A DNA stretch of 60,446 nucleotides, the filler included, from Sphaerodactylus townsendi (Eukaryota), in the NCBI RefSeq assembly GCF_021028975.2. It is 2 parts of 2 records of this genome, joined end to end, with 100 filler letters (N's around TTAATTAATTAA, not from the genome) between each part and the next. Parts side by side here need not be neighbours in the genome. Positions count along the whole stretch, not along the records: positions 1 to 29,076 come from NC_059427.1; positions 29,177 to 60,446 come from NC_059436.1. The stretch is one strand, 5' to 3'. The notes under the pieces are model-generated. The model ran no database searches. It was not told the origin of the DNA and saw only the letters and a list, made by a program, of their open reading frames with translations. Within the stretch, counting starts at the first letter, position 1. Every line of letters starts with the position of its first letter. Both the position numbers and the translations under genes were made by a program. This document shows positions 25,501-50,780 of the stretch, one piece after another.

Positions 25501-27532
25501 ACTTCAGGTATTCCTCATTCCAAAATATCACAATGGTTCTTCTAGATGAGGACCATGAAACTTGCAATTGTACAAATTAAAAATATTCATAGGTGTATTG
25601 CTTTCTTCTCCATATGTTCCCAGAGTGTTTCTTATTATCTTCTTATATCCATTTCTTTGACTTGTAACAATTTCATGAGGATCAGAGAGCAAAACTATTA
25701 AAGGCTAGGTCCAGATGTACTTTCAGATTTGGCAGGTCATTCATTTTTTAAATAAAAAGGTAGAAATATATAACATACCTAGATGGTAGCCTGCTTAGAG
25801 CTGAGCAACTTGGGTGATTCATGAGCTGGAAGTGCAGTCCTAAAAGTTTGGGTGAACCTTGGTAGCCCAATTAAAAGGCGAAAGCAGTGCTACTATCTGT
25901 GCTATTCTCCCCTTTTATTCTCAGTGTCTTTATTTAAACAAACACCACTATGCTGGGAATTATTTTATGCTATTCCCTTATGCTGCACCCTACTGATCTT
26001 CTCATAATTTAATTCGATTAATGAGTTTAATCCAGAGATTCATCAACAGAAGATGCTGATGGTTAAAGTTTCCCCTCTTTCCCCCCACAACAAATACCCT
26101 GTGAGGTGGATGGGGCTGAGAGAACTCGGGGAGTCGCAGTGGATCAGCCCAAAGCCCGCCTAGCTGGTATGTGTGGGAGTGCTAAAGCTGTTCCAATTCC
26201 CCTGTGAAGCAAGTCCCTCACAAAGTTCTTGCCAGCAGAGTGGGGAATCAAACCCGGTTCCTCCAGAGTGCACTTGCTCTTAAGCACTAGCATAGATCAC
26301 AATCCCTAATTATTTATTCAAGTAACTTTGAATTGTTTAGTACTATGCAACTGTGTTGCCTGTGTAGAAGCCTAGTTTGCAGAAAGCCAAGAAGGTAGGA
26401 GCATTCCTGATCTCCTCAGGCAGGCCATTCCACACAGTGGGGGCCCCAACAGAGAAGGCATGTGTATGGGCAGTTGTTGATTTTGCCTATCTGCAGGTGA
26501 CTGCCTGCAAATGACCTTTATCAGGTGAGTGAAGTTGTCATGGCAGTGCATAGGGGCAGAGACCATCTTACAAATATGAGGGTCCAAGGTCATTAGGGGC
26601 TTTGTATGTGAGTGCCAGTACCTCATGGGTAGCCAATGGAGTGACATTAGAATGCTGTTCTAGAAACTTACATTTACTTGCCTAATAACAATCCTTTTGA
26701 ACCCAATCAATCCAAGTGCGGAATGGACGGGTTACTCTGGTCCACTCCAGTGCACATCCTGATACCTACTTTTACCTCCAAGCTTAACAACAAAGTGGTA
26801 GGATCTACTGTATCAAAGGCTGCAGATAAGTCCAATAGGAGCAACAAAGAGACATGTCCTTGGTCTATATGCAGACAGAGGTCGTTATCTAAACCTAGCA
26901 GTGCCATCTCTGTCCCATAGCTTGGCCTGAAGACAGACTGAAAACAGCCTAGGGCAGATGAGTTATCCAAGAAGACCTGGAGTTGGTGTGCTACTGCTCT
27001 CTCTATCACTAGAATTTGACTAGAAAGGGCAGTTAGACACTTGGCAATAATTGCTTGAAGCTATTACTAGAAATATCTTAATCTAAGGATGACTACTGTA
27101 CACATGTATTTATCTTTAGTGGTGCCTTGGCTCACTGTACAGCACTTTGAAGAGGCAGTTTGTGCCCAGAATACATACTACCTACATTAAAAGGATAAAA
27201 TCATAGTAGTGATAGGTAGGAATTAAGATACAGTATTTTGGAGGAGTTGTATTCCCTTCCCCCCTCCTCTTTGATAACTTATGTCGCTGAACATTTACTG
27301 ATTGGCTTGTTTTCTCATATTTAGACAACTGGCTCTAAAGGCACTGAACGAGCGACTAAAGCGTGTGGAAGACCAGTCAGCATGGCCCAGCATGGAGGAT
27401 GATGATGAAGACAGCAGCAAGGTTGATATTCCGCTGCTCTCTGAGAAGAATCGAGACTCTGTCACTGCAGGAAAAGCAGCCAGTCAGGAATCCAGCCTCA
27501 TTACCTTTGAGGATGCTCCCTCTCAGTTGTGA
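19543..27532 (+). CDS. TMEM115: Transmembrane protein 115 (Golgi rhomboid-like pseudoprotease); two exons; exon 1 locally disrupted in this assembly
   Basis: Exon 1 (19543-20403) gives MNRYLPVARQHFLAVLASTSVVVK...TPGYLFPPNFWIWTLATH...YLRFYQRHSRGRGDM. Exon 2 (27325-27532) gives QLALKALNERLKRVEDQSAWPSM...ESSLITFEDAPSQL*. In-frame TGA at 19972, 20218 and about 20392, plus a net frameshift, are all confined to short garbled patches. AATAAA at 28884 and 28907. Confidence 0.93.
21628..21911. mobile_element. Penelope-like-element terminal remnant, inverted arms with two minimal hammerhead motifs (TMEM115 intron)
   Basis: Inverted arms of about 112 bp (21626-21738 and 21769-21880). Each arm has a CTGAAGA-TGCCAGC-loop-GCAGG(C/T)-GAAAC core. 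TSD TAGAACTGAACAA at 21615-21627 and 21912-21924. Confidence 0.85.
22975..23190 (-). mobile_element. Sauria SINE
   Basis: Reverse-complement match to the SINE at 37050 and 45615 (GGCTGAGAGA, CAAGGTCACCCAG, AGATTAGAGTCC, CTCTTA...ACTACACC). Confidence 0.8.
23385..23535. mobile_element. Gecko-type MITE fragment
   Basis: Internal inverted repeats (TTTTCAAAC / GTTTGAAAG) ending in TGTGCGGAATGAGCC, a terminus related to that of the 34530-34652 element. Confidence 0.5.
26070..26290 (-). mobile_element. Sauria SINE (garbled)
   Basis: CCCTGTGAGGTGGATGGGGCTGAGAG...GGGGAATCAAACCCGGTTCCTCCAG...CTCTTAA. Confidence 0.75.
26350..27010 (-). mobile_element. L2 LINE fragment (reverse transcriptase remnant plus 3' end)
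   Basis: Peptide IERAVAHQLQVFL...FQSVFRPSYGTEMALL...SLLLLLDLSAAFDTVD is typical of L2/CR1-group RT. Confidence 0.88.
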
Positions 27533-29076
27533 CCATGAATCTCCTACCACCCTCTTCTTCCTATCCCTGTGTGTCAGAGCTGCTAATGATCCTTCATGTG
27601 CCCTTCCTCACAGTACTGCCTGCTCTGAAGGGAGCAAAACACTATGCCTGCTGGCCCTGAGAGGTTGGGGCTACCTCCTTCCAGCATATATTAGCCACAT
27701 GGTGGCTGACCCAGGTCTCTGGACTCCTGATGGAAACTGTTAACTGTTGCACAGACCTGAGATTCTTCTCTTCAGAAGGGAATTTGAAATCAAGAATTTC
27801 TTTGAATTGCAGTGGAGGGAGTCTACATCTCTCCAACAAAAGAAGGAGGGTCTGTCTGAATAAAATCCCCACAAAAGCTACACATGCCAGTGACTGCCAT
27901 TGTGGCTGTTAACACTTGTGTGTAGCTCTGTTTGGTTGCAGTTTTGATCAATCTACATAGGGTCCAAGACAACCCAGTCTGGTGAATCGGATCCCATTTT
28001 GAACTCTTAATATCATACCACTATGTACACCCCACCAGGGCACCTCAGAGCAAGTTCATCAAGTGATACACCTTTTTCTTGTTGATTTCTTTTTCTATTA
28101 GTGGCAGTGATTGTCAAAAATAATTCTACAGTCTCCCTTTCTTCCTTGCACAGCTGGTTTTGGTATTGATTTAAATGAGCAAGTACTTTTTTAATTAAAT
28201 GAATCCTTTGCTGTATTAAACTTATCCCTCTGCCCTCTAGACTTAGCAACAGTGGTGAACCCTGCCAAAAAGGTTGCTGGATAAGATCTTGTAGGACCAA
28301 TGGTTAAAAGCCTTTTGACCTCTTTTTGGGCCTCCTTTTAACTTTTTGACAGTGAAGATATTTAGGAATCCTAAGCAGCCAGCTTCTAGTACCTAAGGTG
28401 CCACATGGAAAAGCATCAACCTAGGCTTCCTACAAAACTCCTAGAGGGAACTGAAACTATTTTTAGGCCTTTGTCCTTTATTTTCCTTTGCAGTGATTCA
28501 AATGGTAAAGCTGCTTGTATTTTAGGTTGAATGCAAGTCCATTCCATGAATACTGGGATGCATCTTTTCCTACAGTAGAAAATATATGTTACTGATTCTA
28601 TTTTTCTTTTAAAGGTGCTTTTTTGTGGGGCTCCTAACAATTCCTCAAATGCCTGCTTTTTCTCTTTGGTTAGGTTGTTAGCCTTTTTCATCCTCTGGGC
28701 TGACTTTTCTTTTTTCTTCTTTTTTTTTGTTTGGTGGGGCAGCAAACCCTAAGATGTCTTGCCTTGACCCCCAGCCTGAAATGAGAAGAGCAAGGCAGGG
28801 GGCACTTAGGAGAATGGGACAAGAGCGTGAGACCATGTTGTGATTTTTTAAGGACCACATGAGAAGGGTTTTGTCAACCAGGAAATAAACACATAATTTC
28901 AGTATCAATAAACTGTTCTTTCAAAGAAAGTGTCTTTAATTGATTGTTCAAACAAACTCCTAGTGCGCCCTTCATAGCACTTTAATTGATGTCAACAGCT
29001 GACAGTGTTGAGCAGTTTAAAAGTGCTGGGTTTCATTTATCTTGTTGTAGGGATGAGCTGCTGACCCAGCAGCACC

Positions 29077-29176
29077 NNNNNNNNNNNNNNNNNNNNNNNN
29101 NNNNNNNNNNNNNNNNNNNNTTAATTAATTAANNNNNNNNNNNNNNNNNNNNNNNNNNNNNNNNNNNNNNNNNNNN
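29077..29176. other. Artificial contig linker (44 N + TTAATTAATTAA + 44 N)
   Basis: Exactly 100 bp with a palindromic six-frame stop cassette at 29121-29132. The genes on either side belong to different synteny blocks. Confidence 0.95.
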
Positions 29177-29197
29177 TCGAAAATGTGGAAATATGTC

Positions 29198-29484
29198 TGC
29201 CACAGGAGGTGGTGATGGCAACTAACCTGGATAGCTTTAAAAGGGGCTTGGACAGATTTATGGAGGAGAAGTCGATTTATGGCTACCAATCTTGATCCTC
29301 TTTGATCTGAGATTGCAAATGCCTTAACAGACCAGGTGCTCGGGAGCAACAGCTGCAGAAGGCCATTGCTTTCACATCCTGCATGTGAGCTCCCAAAGGC
29401 ACTTGGTGGGCCACTGTGAGTAGCAGAGAGCTGGACTAGATGGACTCTGGTCTGATCCAGCTGGCTTGTTCTTATGTTCTTATG
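29198..29484 (+). mobile_element. CR1 LINE 3' end
   Basis: CTGCCACAGGAGGTGGTGATGGC...GGACTAGATGGACTCTGGTCTGATCC, ending in (TTCTTATG)2. A near-identical copy lies at 57627-57914. Confidence 0.88.
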
Positions 29485-29567
29485 GAAGAGCCTTGTGGAC
29501 CTCATGCTCCAAAATGTCTTCTGTTCCTGTGTTTTTGCTTCCAGTTTCATGTTTAATTTTTTTCCAG

Positions 29568-31267
29568 ATTCCAGACAGCACAGTTGGAAACTTAACTAGC
29601 CCAGCATCCAGCTCCATGCCTCCCACCAAACTGCTGTCTCAGGTGGAACTTGGCAAAGGCCAGGCTGGTGTAGAGATGCCTCCTGCCGACTCAGTGTCTC
29701 AACCAATCTCCATCACACTCCCTGTAGGTAAGAGATAGTGTGGAATAGTCCTGCCAAGTCTATGAGATAGAGCTTTGTTCTTATTAAATTGAGTGGATTT
29801 GTCTTTCGTCAGACTGCTAGAACCACTGATGTTTGTGTTCACTTATAGCATGCATTGCATTTAGCAATCCGAACAGATTACAATCTGGTCTGTTTCCTGA
29901 AGTTATGCTCCTTTATGTTGAACAGATGGAATACCTGTCCTTGGGTGGGGTAGAGAGAGTCTATGTATTGCAGAGACTACTGGGAATACAATGTGTCTGC
30001 ACAACCCAGAATCATTGGACAGGTTTTTACTTTGTAGAGCTTTTTTGGTTTTTTAAATGCTGTCTCCAGAGCTATGACCCTTTGCTTTTTCTCCCAGGAG
30101 TTGTATTACTGAAGGCTTTCAAGGTGGAATCCACTGGTGGTTGTAGGTTTTGCAGGCTGCGTGGCCATGGTCTTGCTCTTAAGGTTTTGTTTGCATCTAT
30201 GGCTGGCATCTTCAGAGGCCGCCATAGATGTGGGCAAAACGCTAGGAGCAAAAATTACCAGGCTGTGGCCATACAGCTCGGAAAACCCACAACAGCTAGT
30301 ACAAGAGATGATTAAGGGAATTGGGGGAGGAGTTAACCACCCCAGTATCTGGGGGCAGGAAGGTCATATGCAGTCCCACCATTTATCTTCTCCATTATAG
30401 CCCTTTTGCTTTTTCAGTGGTTTCTGGTGTACTGTAGGAAGAGATAGAACTGAAGATGAGAGGTGGGGAACCAGGATATCCTTGTCTGAAAATCATGGTG
30501 GCCAGTCACTTGAAAGGCCAACTTTCAGGTTGCAGCAAGGGGTGGAGGAAAAGGCTTGCATTTATTTTGAAAGTCTACAAATAGGGCTGCTGATAAGTGG
30601 AAGCCTGAGGCTGCCAGCAGCAAGCTGGCTCACTGGTTTTGTTCGGACTTGGAAGTATTGAGGATTCAACTGAAACCCTTGTCTCTCTTCCTCAGCAGTA
30701 ACCACCACAAGCCCCATGAAGACTCTGTACGTGATGTCAGATGCCAAACTATCTGCACTCACAAAATCGGTCATGGCAGAGGCTGCTTCTGTCCCAGTAA
30801 AGCCCACAGCAATCCAAAGCACTGCTGTTTCCTCCTCTGCTGCCACTGCCACCCCTCTTGGAGCTGTGACTTTTGCCACCTCAACACCGGCCGGTAATTC
30901 CAGCCCACCCTGCAGCCTGGTGCATTCCAAAGTAGGACCTGTTTTGCAGACAACATCCAAGACTGTTATACTGACCTCTACACTAACGGCCATGAAGGGT
31001 GACCGGGCTGTTGGACAGAGGGGAGAGAAAGTTAATCTGACCAAAGGCCATGCGGTTGGTGCTCTGGAGACCTTGGGCAGGGTGCCATCGGTCATGGATG
31101 ACAGCAGCACTATTATCCACACCCGGGAGTCTCTTACTAACAGACATTTATTGCCCCAGGGCATGTTGCCTGCTGCACGTGGCACCACACTTATAACATT
31201 GGGCAGTAACATGGGCAGCTCCTCCATCATAGCTACTGCTGGACCTGCCCTCAGCCAGAAGCCATAG
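29568..31267 (+). CDS. Last two coding exons of an unidentified gene encoding a Ser/Thr/Ala/Pro-rich C-terminal tail
   Basis: Exon 29568-29727 (ttttccag|ATT...GTAG|gtaaga) splices in frame to exon 30696-31267 (ctcttcctcag|CAGTA...QKP*), giving about 243 open codons. AATAAA at about 31413. Identity not recognised with certainty; a non-mammalian KANSL3-type tail is only a guess. Confidence 0.8.
30100..30300. mobile_element. Degenerate palindromic Penelope-like terminal remnant
   Basis: Same family as 21628-21911 and 35344-35564 (GCATCTATGGCTGGCATCTTCAGAGG...GGCCATACAGCTCGGAAAACCCACAAC), with a central deletion. Confidence 0.7.
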
Positions 31268-33435
31268 CAAACTCCATGCTGTGTTACCATTAATTTGATT
31301 TTTTTGCCTTTGCTATGGAAAATGAAACTCGGTTGTGGGAACAAGATTACTGTTCCCTAATTTTTGTCCTCTGTATTGGGAGGATGCTTTGTTTTTGTTC
31401 ATTGGTCACTTTTAATAAACTCTTTTTTTTGTGTACGTAACACTTTTAATTATTTAGTATAACGGAAGCAGCCTAATTTAACACATTGTGTGCTGTCTTT
31501 GGGATCCTTCTAACAACTCTTCCTGGAAGAACTTACAGGCAGAGAAGGTGTTGTATTCCCAGCAAGGGAAAGCTAATAAACATTTCACTTACGGGGATTA
31601 CTGAGGGACAATGGATTGGAGTAGCAGAGCTATTACAGATTGAGATTAGCCCATCAAAAGCCCCACAGCTGGGAATAAGGAGACATCAGCCAAACAAATG
31701 TTTCCATATAGTAGGATGGTCAAGGCCCACTGGAGTATTTAACAGTGCTATGCTAAGAAGGTTGACTCAAAATTCTTCAGAGGTTTATTCAGTGAGGCTC
31801 ACTTCTGGGAAACTGTTTAGGATTACGGTATAAAGGAGACATCACAGCTGATGGCTCAAAGTCAAGGACTGGAGTTTCTTTAACACATTCTCTTGTTCAG
31901 GCGCTGCTGGAGTAGAAGTGTGTAACTGAAAACAAGGTGAGCTGGTTAGCGGTACCAGCAGATATGCATCTATTGATAGGACAGGATTGTGCTAATATTG
32001 CTTCTCAGAGAGATGAGAGACAACGTAGTTGTACTAGAAACTTAGGGAGGCACAGCAACATAGTTGTACACAGAAACTTAGGGAGCACCTGCACCAAGTG
32101 GTGCAGGTGCTCCACTTGGAAGCATGGAGCACTTGCAGGGCAAATCCTGAGCATATGCAGCTGAATGAAAATCCTCTGTAAAGCTTCCAGTCTCCCTGTG
32201 AAGAAATTTCCCTGACCTAAATTAATATTCAAACAGTTGGAGAATTTAGAGAAAACATTGTTAACAAAAGAATTCTCATAAACACAAAGACCTTGCAGTA
32301 GGGGCAGGTTTGTTGTCACCGTAGTTCATTCGTCCTCGGGGCTACAGAATAGAGAAACTCCATCTGTATTACGTAGGAGCTTAAGATGAGTTTAACAGAA
32401 GACTGGCAGAGGTTGTTTTCCTTCCCAGCTCAATCATAATGTGATCAGTGTGGGTGCTAAATGAAAGAATAAGGTTGAATGATACTGAAACCAGTCAGAC
32501 ATTCAGAGGGATTTGGAAAGATACAGTTCGGATATCTCAGTCTGACACCTTCCCATCCCGTTTCAAAAACTTGCCAGCATCAACTGCTCAATTTTTTGCA
32601 CTGAGTAGCCCAACAAGCTTAATCATGCACAGAAAAATTTATTAGCCATCCAGTGTAAAATGTAGTAATGCATTTCATGGTAAGAAACAGGCAGTCTTGA
32701 ACCTACAGTATGATATCTTTAATAAATAAGCCAGTGATTTCTAGGGAGAAAAGTCTAGTAGTGCTATAATAATTTTCTTTGGGCTGGAATGTAGAACAGA
32801 ACTCTTCATAACGGTGCAAGTCCAAAGAATTTAACTGAAAGCTATCAGACACTATAGGGATAGATGCCACAAATGCCAAAGCTCTTGAAATTTCGGTACT
32901 TCTATTTTTTCCTACGTATACAATTATGTACTTAATTCAATTAAATATGTTCTTAAATACAGTTATGGACATTCTGATAGCTCAAGATCAAATCCTCCTT
33001 CCTGTATTCCCATGCAAATAGGAAAATCATATAATGAGAAGACTTTTCCTGTTCACTTCAGAAACCTTGGCTCAGGGTCGTAGAACAACATCTAAGTGAA
33101 CAGGAAAGCCGTAGCAAATCACAGAGCTTTTGTATGTGCCCTGGGGCCTCCACAAGGAATCACTGGATTGGAGCAATTATACTCAGATATCAGAAACTGG
33201 CTCCCATTTAGAAGTCCTTCCCCACTAGGATGATGATGCAACAATTACAGCTCTCTCTTTCATTAAAACTTTCAGCAGATGAGACACAAGATATCCAGCT
33301 TCCAAGGCTGTTCTTCTTAGCAAGCAAACTGCTGCTGCACAATGATTTTGCAGGGAAGTGTAACTGTAAGATACTCTGCATTATGTTAAGGGATGCTAAT
33401 TTGTCATAGGTGAAGATGCTTACTGATCAAGTCTG

Positions 33436-35921
<2,486 letters not shown>

Positions 35922-36147
35922 CCTCTCCGGTCGAGCAGCTCCTACGCGTGCGCGCTAACATTACTTCCGGGACTCTCTAGTCACCCCTTCACGGACAAAG
36001 AGGCAAGGACGAGCCCCTTCACTTCAGGATTCCATGCGGAAGACTCTGTAAAGTAGGAGCTGAGGTTCTGAGGATGCTCTTCTTCCGCGTCTCCTGAGTT
36101 AGTGGGATGAAGCCTACTCGGTTCCCTCCCGAGTGTGGCCTTGCTCT

Positions 36148-36772
36148 CGGGTTGCCAGGTCCCCCCCCCACCCCCCGGCCACTGATGGGGGATGGGAGGT
36201 AGGGTTGGCAGATCCAGATTTGGAAACTCCTGGAGATTTGGGGATAGAGCCGAGGGAGGACAAGGACCTCATTGGGGTGCAATGCTGGACAGTCCACCTT
36301 CCAAAGCATCCATTTTTTCAGGAGACCTGATCTCTGAATCTGGAGAGGAACTGGATTCCAGGAGATCCCAAGGTCCCACGTAGAGGCTGGCATCCCTTCC
36401 GTGCCCATGATAAATGTTGGAGTACTTCCCTTGGCTGAAAAGAATTCCTTACAAATTGAAAGTACGGACAATGTGGGAGAGGGCAGGGGAAGGAAAAAGC
36501 CTTTGTTTTTTGCTGGGCTAGTTAGGGATGTCAGCCTCCAAGTGGGATCTGGGGAGTACAGAAATCATCTTCAGAATACAGAAATAATTTATCCTGCAAA
36601 AATGGATGCTTTGGAGGGTGAACTGAACTGTATGGCATTGCTCCCCAATGATGTCTTTGTCCTCCCCTGGCTCCATCCCCAAATCTCCAGGAGTTCCAAA
36701 CCTGTATCTGGCAATCCTGTCCCTATGCCACCGCATCTCCCGCCAGTGGCTGGAGGGGACCTGGCAACTCTA
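36148..36772. mobile_element. Two gecko-type MITE copies in inverted orientation (36148-36398 and 36523-36772)
   Basis: Termini GGGTTGCCAG...CTGGCA(A/T)C(C/T)CT. Shared internal CTCCTGGAGATTTGGGGAT and AAAGCATCCATTTT motifs on opposite strands. Confidence 0.75.
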
Positions 36773-37049
36773 GCTATTGGGGTCATGGACCGATGCACCA
36801 CCTGTATGACTCAGGCAAAGGGGGACCACATGATAGCAGGAGGGGAGCTCCATTTTTGTTCTGCTTGCTAGTGGTCATTGTGTCCTGCCTTTCTTCCCAT
36901 TCTGGGCAGCTCACCCCCTAATAAAAGTGCACCAAGCTCAAGAAGTGTGAGTTTCCTCTATATATAAAATTATGTTAACCAATAATAGCCAGATTAGTCT
37001 CTATCAGCAAAACAAAGAAGGTTCAATCACATTTCAGAGAACAACAAAA

Positions 37050-37335
37050 GGAGCAGCAGTGGCATAGTGGTTAAGAGCAGGTGTACTCTAATCTGGAGAA
37101 AGTGGGTTTGATTCCCCTCTCTGCCGCTTGAGCTGTGGGGGCTTATCTGGAGAATTCAGATTAGCCTGTGCACTCCAACACACAAAAACTGGGTGACCTT
37201 GGGCTAGTCACAGTTCTTCTGAGCTCTCAGCCCCACCTACCTCACAGGGTGTTTGGGGGGGGGGAAGGAGTTTGTTAGCCCCTTTGAGTCTCCTTACGGG
37301 AGAAAAGGGGGGATATAAATCCAAATCTTCTTCTG
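37050..37335 (+). mobile_element. Near-full-length Sauria SINE
   Basis: GAGCAGCAGTGGCATAGTGGTTAAGAGC...GGGTTTGATTCCCC...CTGGGTGACCTTGGGCTAGTCACAG...GGATATAAATCCAAATCTTCTTCT. Confidence 0.9.
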
Positions 37336-37966
37336 TTCTGACTACGCTGGAAAAAATGTGCTAGTCTCTAAGGTGCCACTGGACTCTTATTTCATTAAGT
37401 TAAATTAGTAATAAAATTGGGATTTTCACTGCCAGTAGGTGGGGCGATTACCATCAGCATGTGTGCGTGTTGTGCTATCAAGATACTTTTACAGCAACTC
37501 TATGATCTAATGTCCTCTGTCACCACCACAGACAGCTGTTAAAGGGGATTAAACAGGCAGGACAGGTTGGATGGGGCTCACCCTAAATCGTCTTAAATCC
37601 AAGTTCTGTGGCTCCATGGGCTACACACCCTAACTGGCCAGCAAACCGTGTGGCCACGGGCGTACTTTGGTGAACTGGGTCCTGCCACATGCTCGCAGCC
37701 CATCTGACTAATTTACAGGCCGGACGTTGTCCTGTGTGGACGCAATCTTAACGCGGAGTAGGAGCTTCTGCCTCTCCACAACCGCGGAAAGAGTGCAACA
37801 GGTAATGCGCCAAGCCGCCTTGGCCCTAAGACTGCGCGTATTGTTTGCAAACACGCTGCCCGGAAGCTGGCCAACCGGAAACGGAAGCCGTTGCTCGATT
37901 GCAAGCTCGGACGGCGGCTGCAGCAGCTGGCTTGGCCCCGCCGGTGGCGGCGGCGGCGACGGCGAC

Positions 37967-48885
<10,919 letters not shown>

Positions 48886-50780
48886 GTCCGCCTAGGGTCA
48901 CGGCTCCTTCCTTGGGCCGAGGCCTCAACAGCTGAGCTCAGGAGCATATTTGTTGCTTGATGCTCTTTCAGAAGATGCCCAAGCGTGACTGTTTTTAAAC
49001 ATTTTCTTTGGCTTCCATGTAAAAAGTGTGCTGTAAGTAAATTGCCAGCTGTGATGGAATGGTGTTACATTGATTTTCCTTTTTCGTCACAATACCCCCT
49101 TTCCAAAATAAATTGTCACTGAATCCAAAGCCGTGCAGCAGGAATGTGTGTGTGCCTTCCACAGTAGATGGCTGCTTATTTGTGTGGGATGCAGAGTATG
49201 CTTTCTGCCTTTCAGCTACACTTGCTCAGGGCTTCAGGGCAGGGTTCACTAGGACAGAGGCTGTCTGCCTCTTTTCAAAAGGGCAATTTATCAGCTGGAA
49301 CCTAGAAAAACTCCTGTTTTATTCTGTAATTTTAAACAAAACTTGGGAACCCTGCAGCTGAGGATAAGTTTAACTTCTGAATGCATCAGCTTTTTAAAAA
49401 ATCAAAGCAAGAAATAAGTAAGCATCTTGTTTCCACTTTGCCTGCTTTTATCCTGCTGGGGAAGCACCATTTATTTAACATGCCGTCTGGAATCAAAGTA
49501 GGATGCAGTATTTCTATTACAGGATAATTCTTTGCAACTTTCTTGGGAAGGAACGAAAAGAATTATTCCAACGTTTTAAGAGGTCTTTCAACAATGCTTA
49601 CATAGATGCTCTTTGTAACTCACATGTACATGATGCTTGATTTTGGAAAGCACCCAGCCGTGGAGGTACAGAAAGTCAACCAATGTGGTTCGTACTGTGC
49701 GTGGTATTTAGGCAGACAATGTGGTAAGAAAATAGCCTTTTGTATCTTAAAGAAATGTGAAGCCATCCAAGATTTTATTGCCAGCAGCAGCCTTAATTAG
49801 CAGCTCAACCTCAAACTGTATAATTGGAGTAGCTGGCAAGGGGGTGAGTCTAAGGAGCTGCAGCCCAGTTGTGTGACTCAGAATTTAAGTGCAGACAAGG
49901 GTGTGTTTACTGGCTGGATAGCAGATGGCAGTTCAAAGGTAAAGATGGGAACTGATACATGAAATAGAGGTTATATTATTTCTTCTGGCACCAGAACTTG
50001 CTGGATTCATTTATTTTTAACCACAGCGATCTGATGCGTGGAATGAACTTCATAGCCCTTATGTGAAGTTTCTCTCAAACTGAGGGCTGGGAAGATCAAA
50101 CGTAATCCTACAAAACTTGACATTAGTGGTGAGTCCTGCACACCCTTTACACAGAGGAGCTAAAAAGTATTTCAGCTTGGTGTGTAATGTCGGTCCAGTT
50201 TGATGTGGAAGGCAAGATGTTCTGGATCATGTCTGCTGTCCTACTTGTGTATATGATACTTGGTGCCATCATGAAAAGGACCAGTTATGGAGGCCATTTT
50301 TCAGGCATTATGGCTTTGCAGCTGTAATACATAGCTGGGCAAAAGCAGAAGTGTTAAGGGAGGTAGTCAAGGCATGAATGACCTTCCTAGAGGCCTCCTG
50401 GTGGAGCCAAAACATTGGCTGTCTCCAGCTATTTTGGTCAGCTTCAGCAAGATGGAATGGCCATTTTCTAACACGTGCTGTCTCTAATGACTCTGCTCTT
50501 AAAATCCTTTTAGTTAATACATGTTATTTATCATCTCATTAAGCACAGCACATTTGAAAGTCATGAGACAGGGAAAAGATACTTCATGCTATACCAGAGC
50601 AAAAACCAGACTGAACATATTTGGCTGCCCTACAAGTAAAGCATTCAACAGCACTAGAGGTTACACAATTATACAGTAGGAATTAGAATGTGTTCACTTC
50701 TTGTGTGGTAGATCTCTCTTACGGCTGAATTTTTGGACTGCATTCCAAGAGCTGGGAAAACCTCAATACAACTGCAGCCA

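Larger units (their letters stand above)
35922..37966. promoter_or_regulatory. Divergent UFM1/POLB promoter interval with two separate CpG cores
   Basis: ETS/GABP motif CCGGAAGT on the minus strand at about 35963-35970. Three CGGAA motifs at 37860-37890 before the POLB ATG. TE insertions separate the two cores. Confidence 0.7.

Noticed and set aside
28590-28750. U-rich tracts as a MALAT1-like triple helix
   Set aside because: No downstream A-rich tract or tRNA-like element; ordinary TMEM115 3' UTR.
27533-29567. Linkage of TMEM115 to the UFM1/POLB cluster as a rearrangement
   Set aside because: The two are separated by a synthetic linker.
30562-31344. 260-aa minus-strand ORF
   Set aside because: Antisense shadow of the plus-strand terminal exon, which has the splice sites and polyA signal.
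35959-35961. ATG at 35961 as the normal UFM1 start (AT|gttagc)
   Set aside because: The AT|gtgagt at 35921 has a consensus donor and a good Kozak context.
37050-37120. tRNA gene
   Set aside because: tRNA-derived SINE head with no cloverleaf or terminator.
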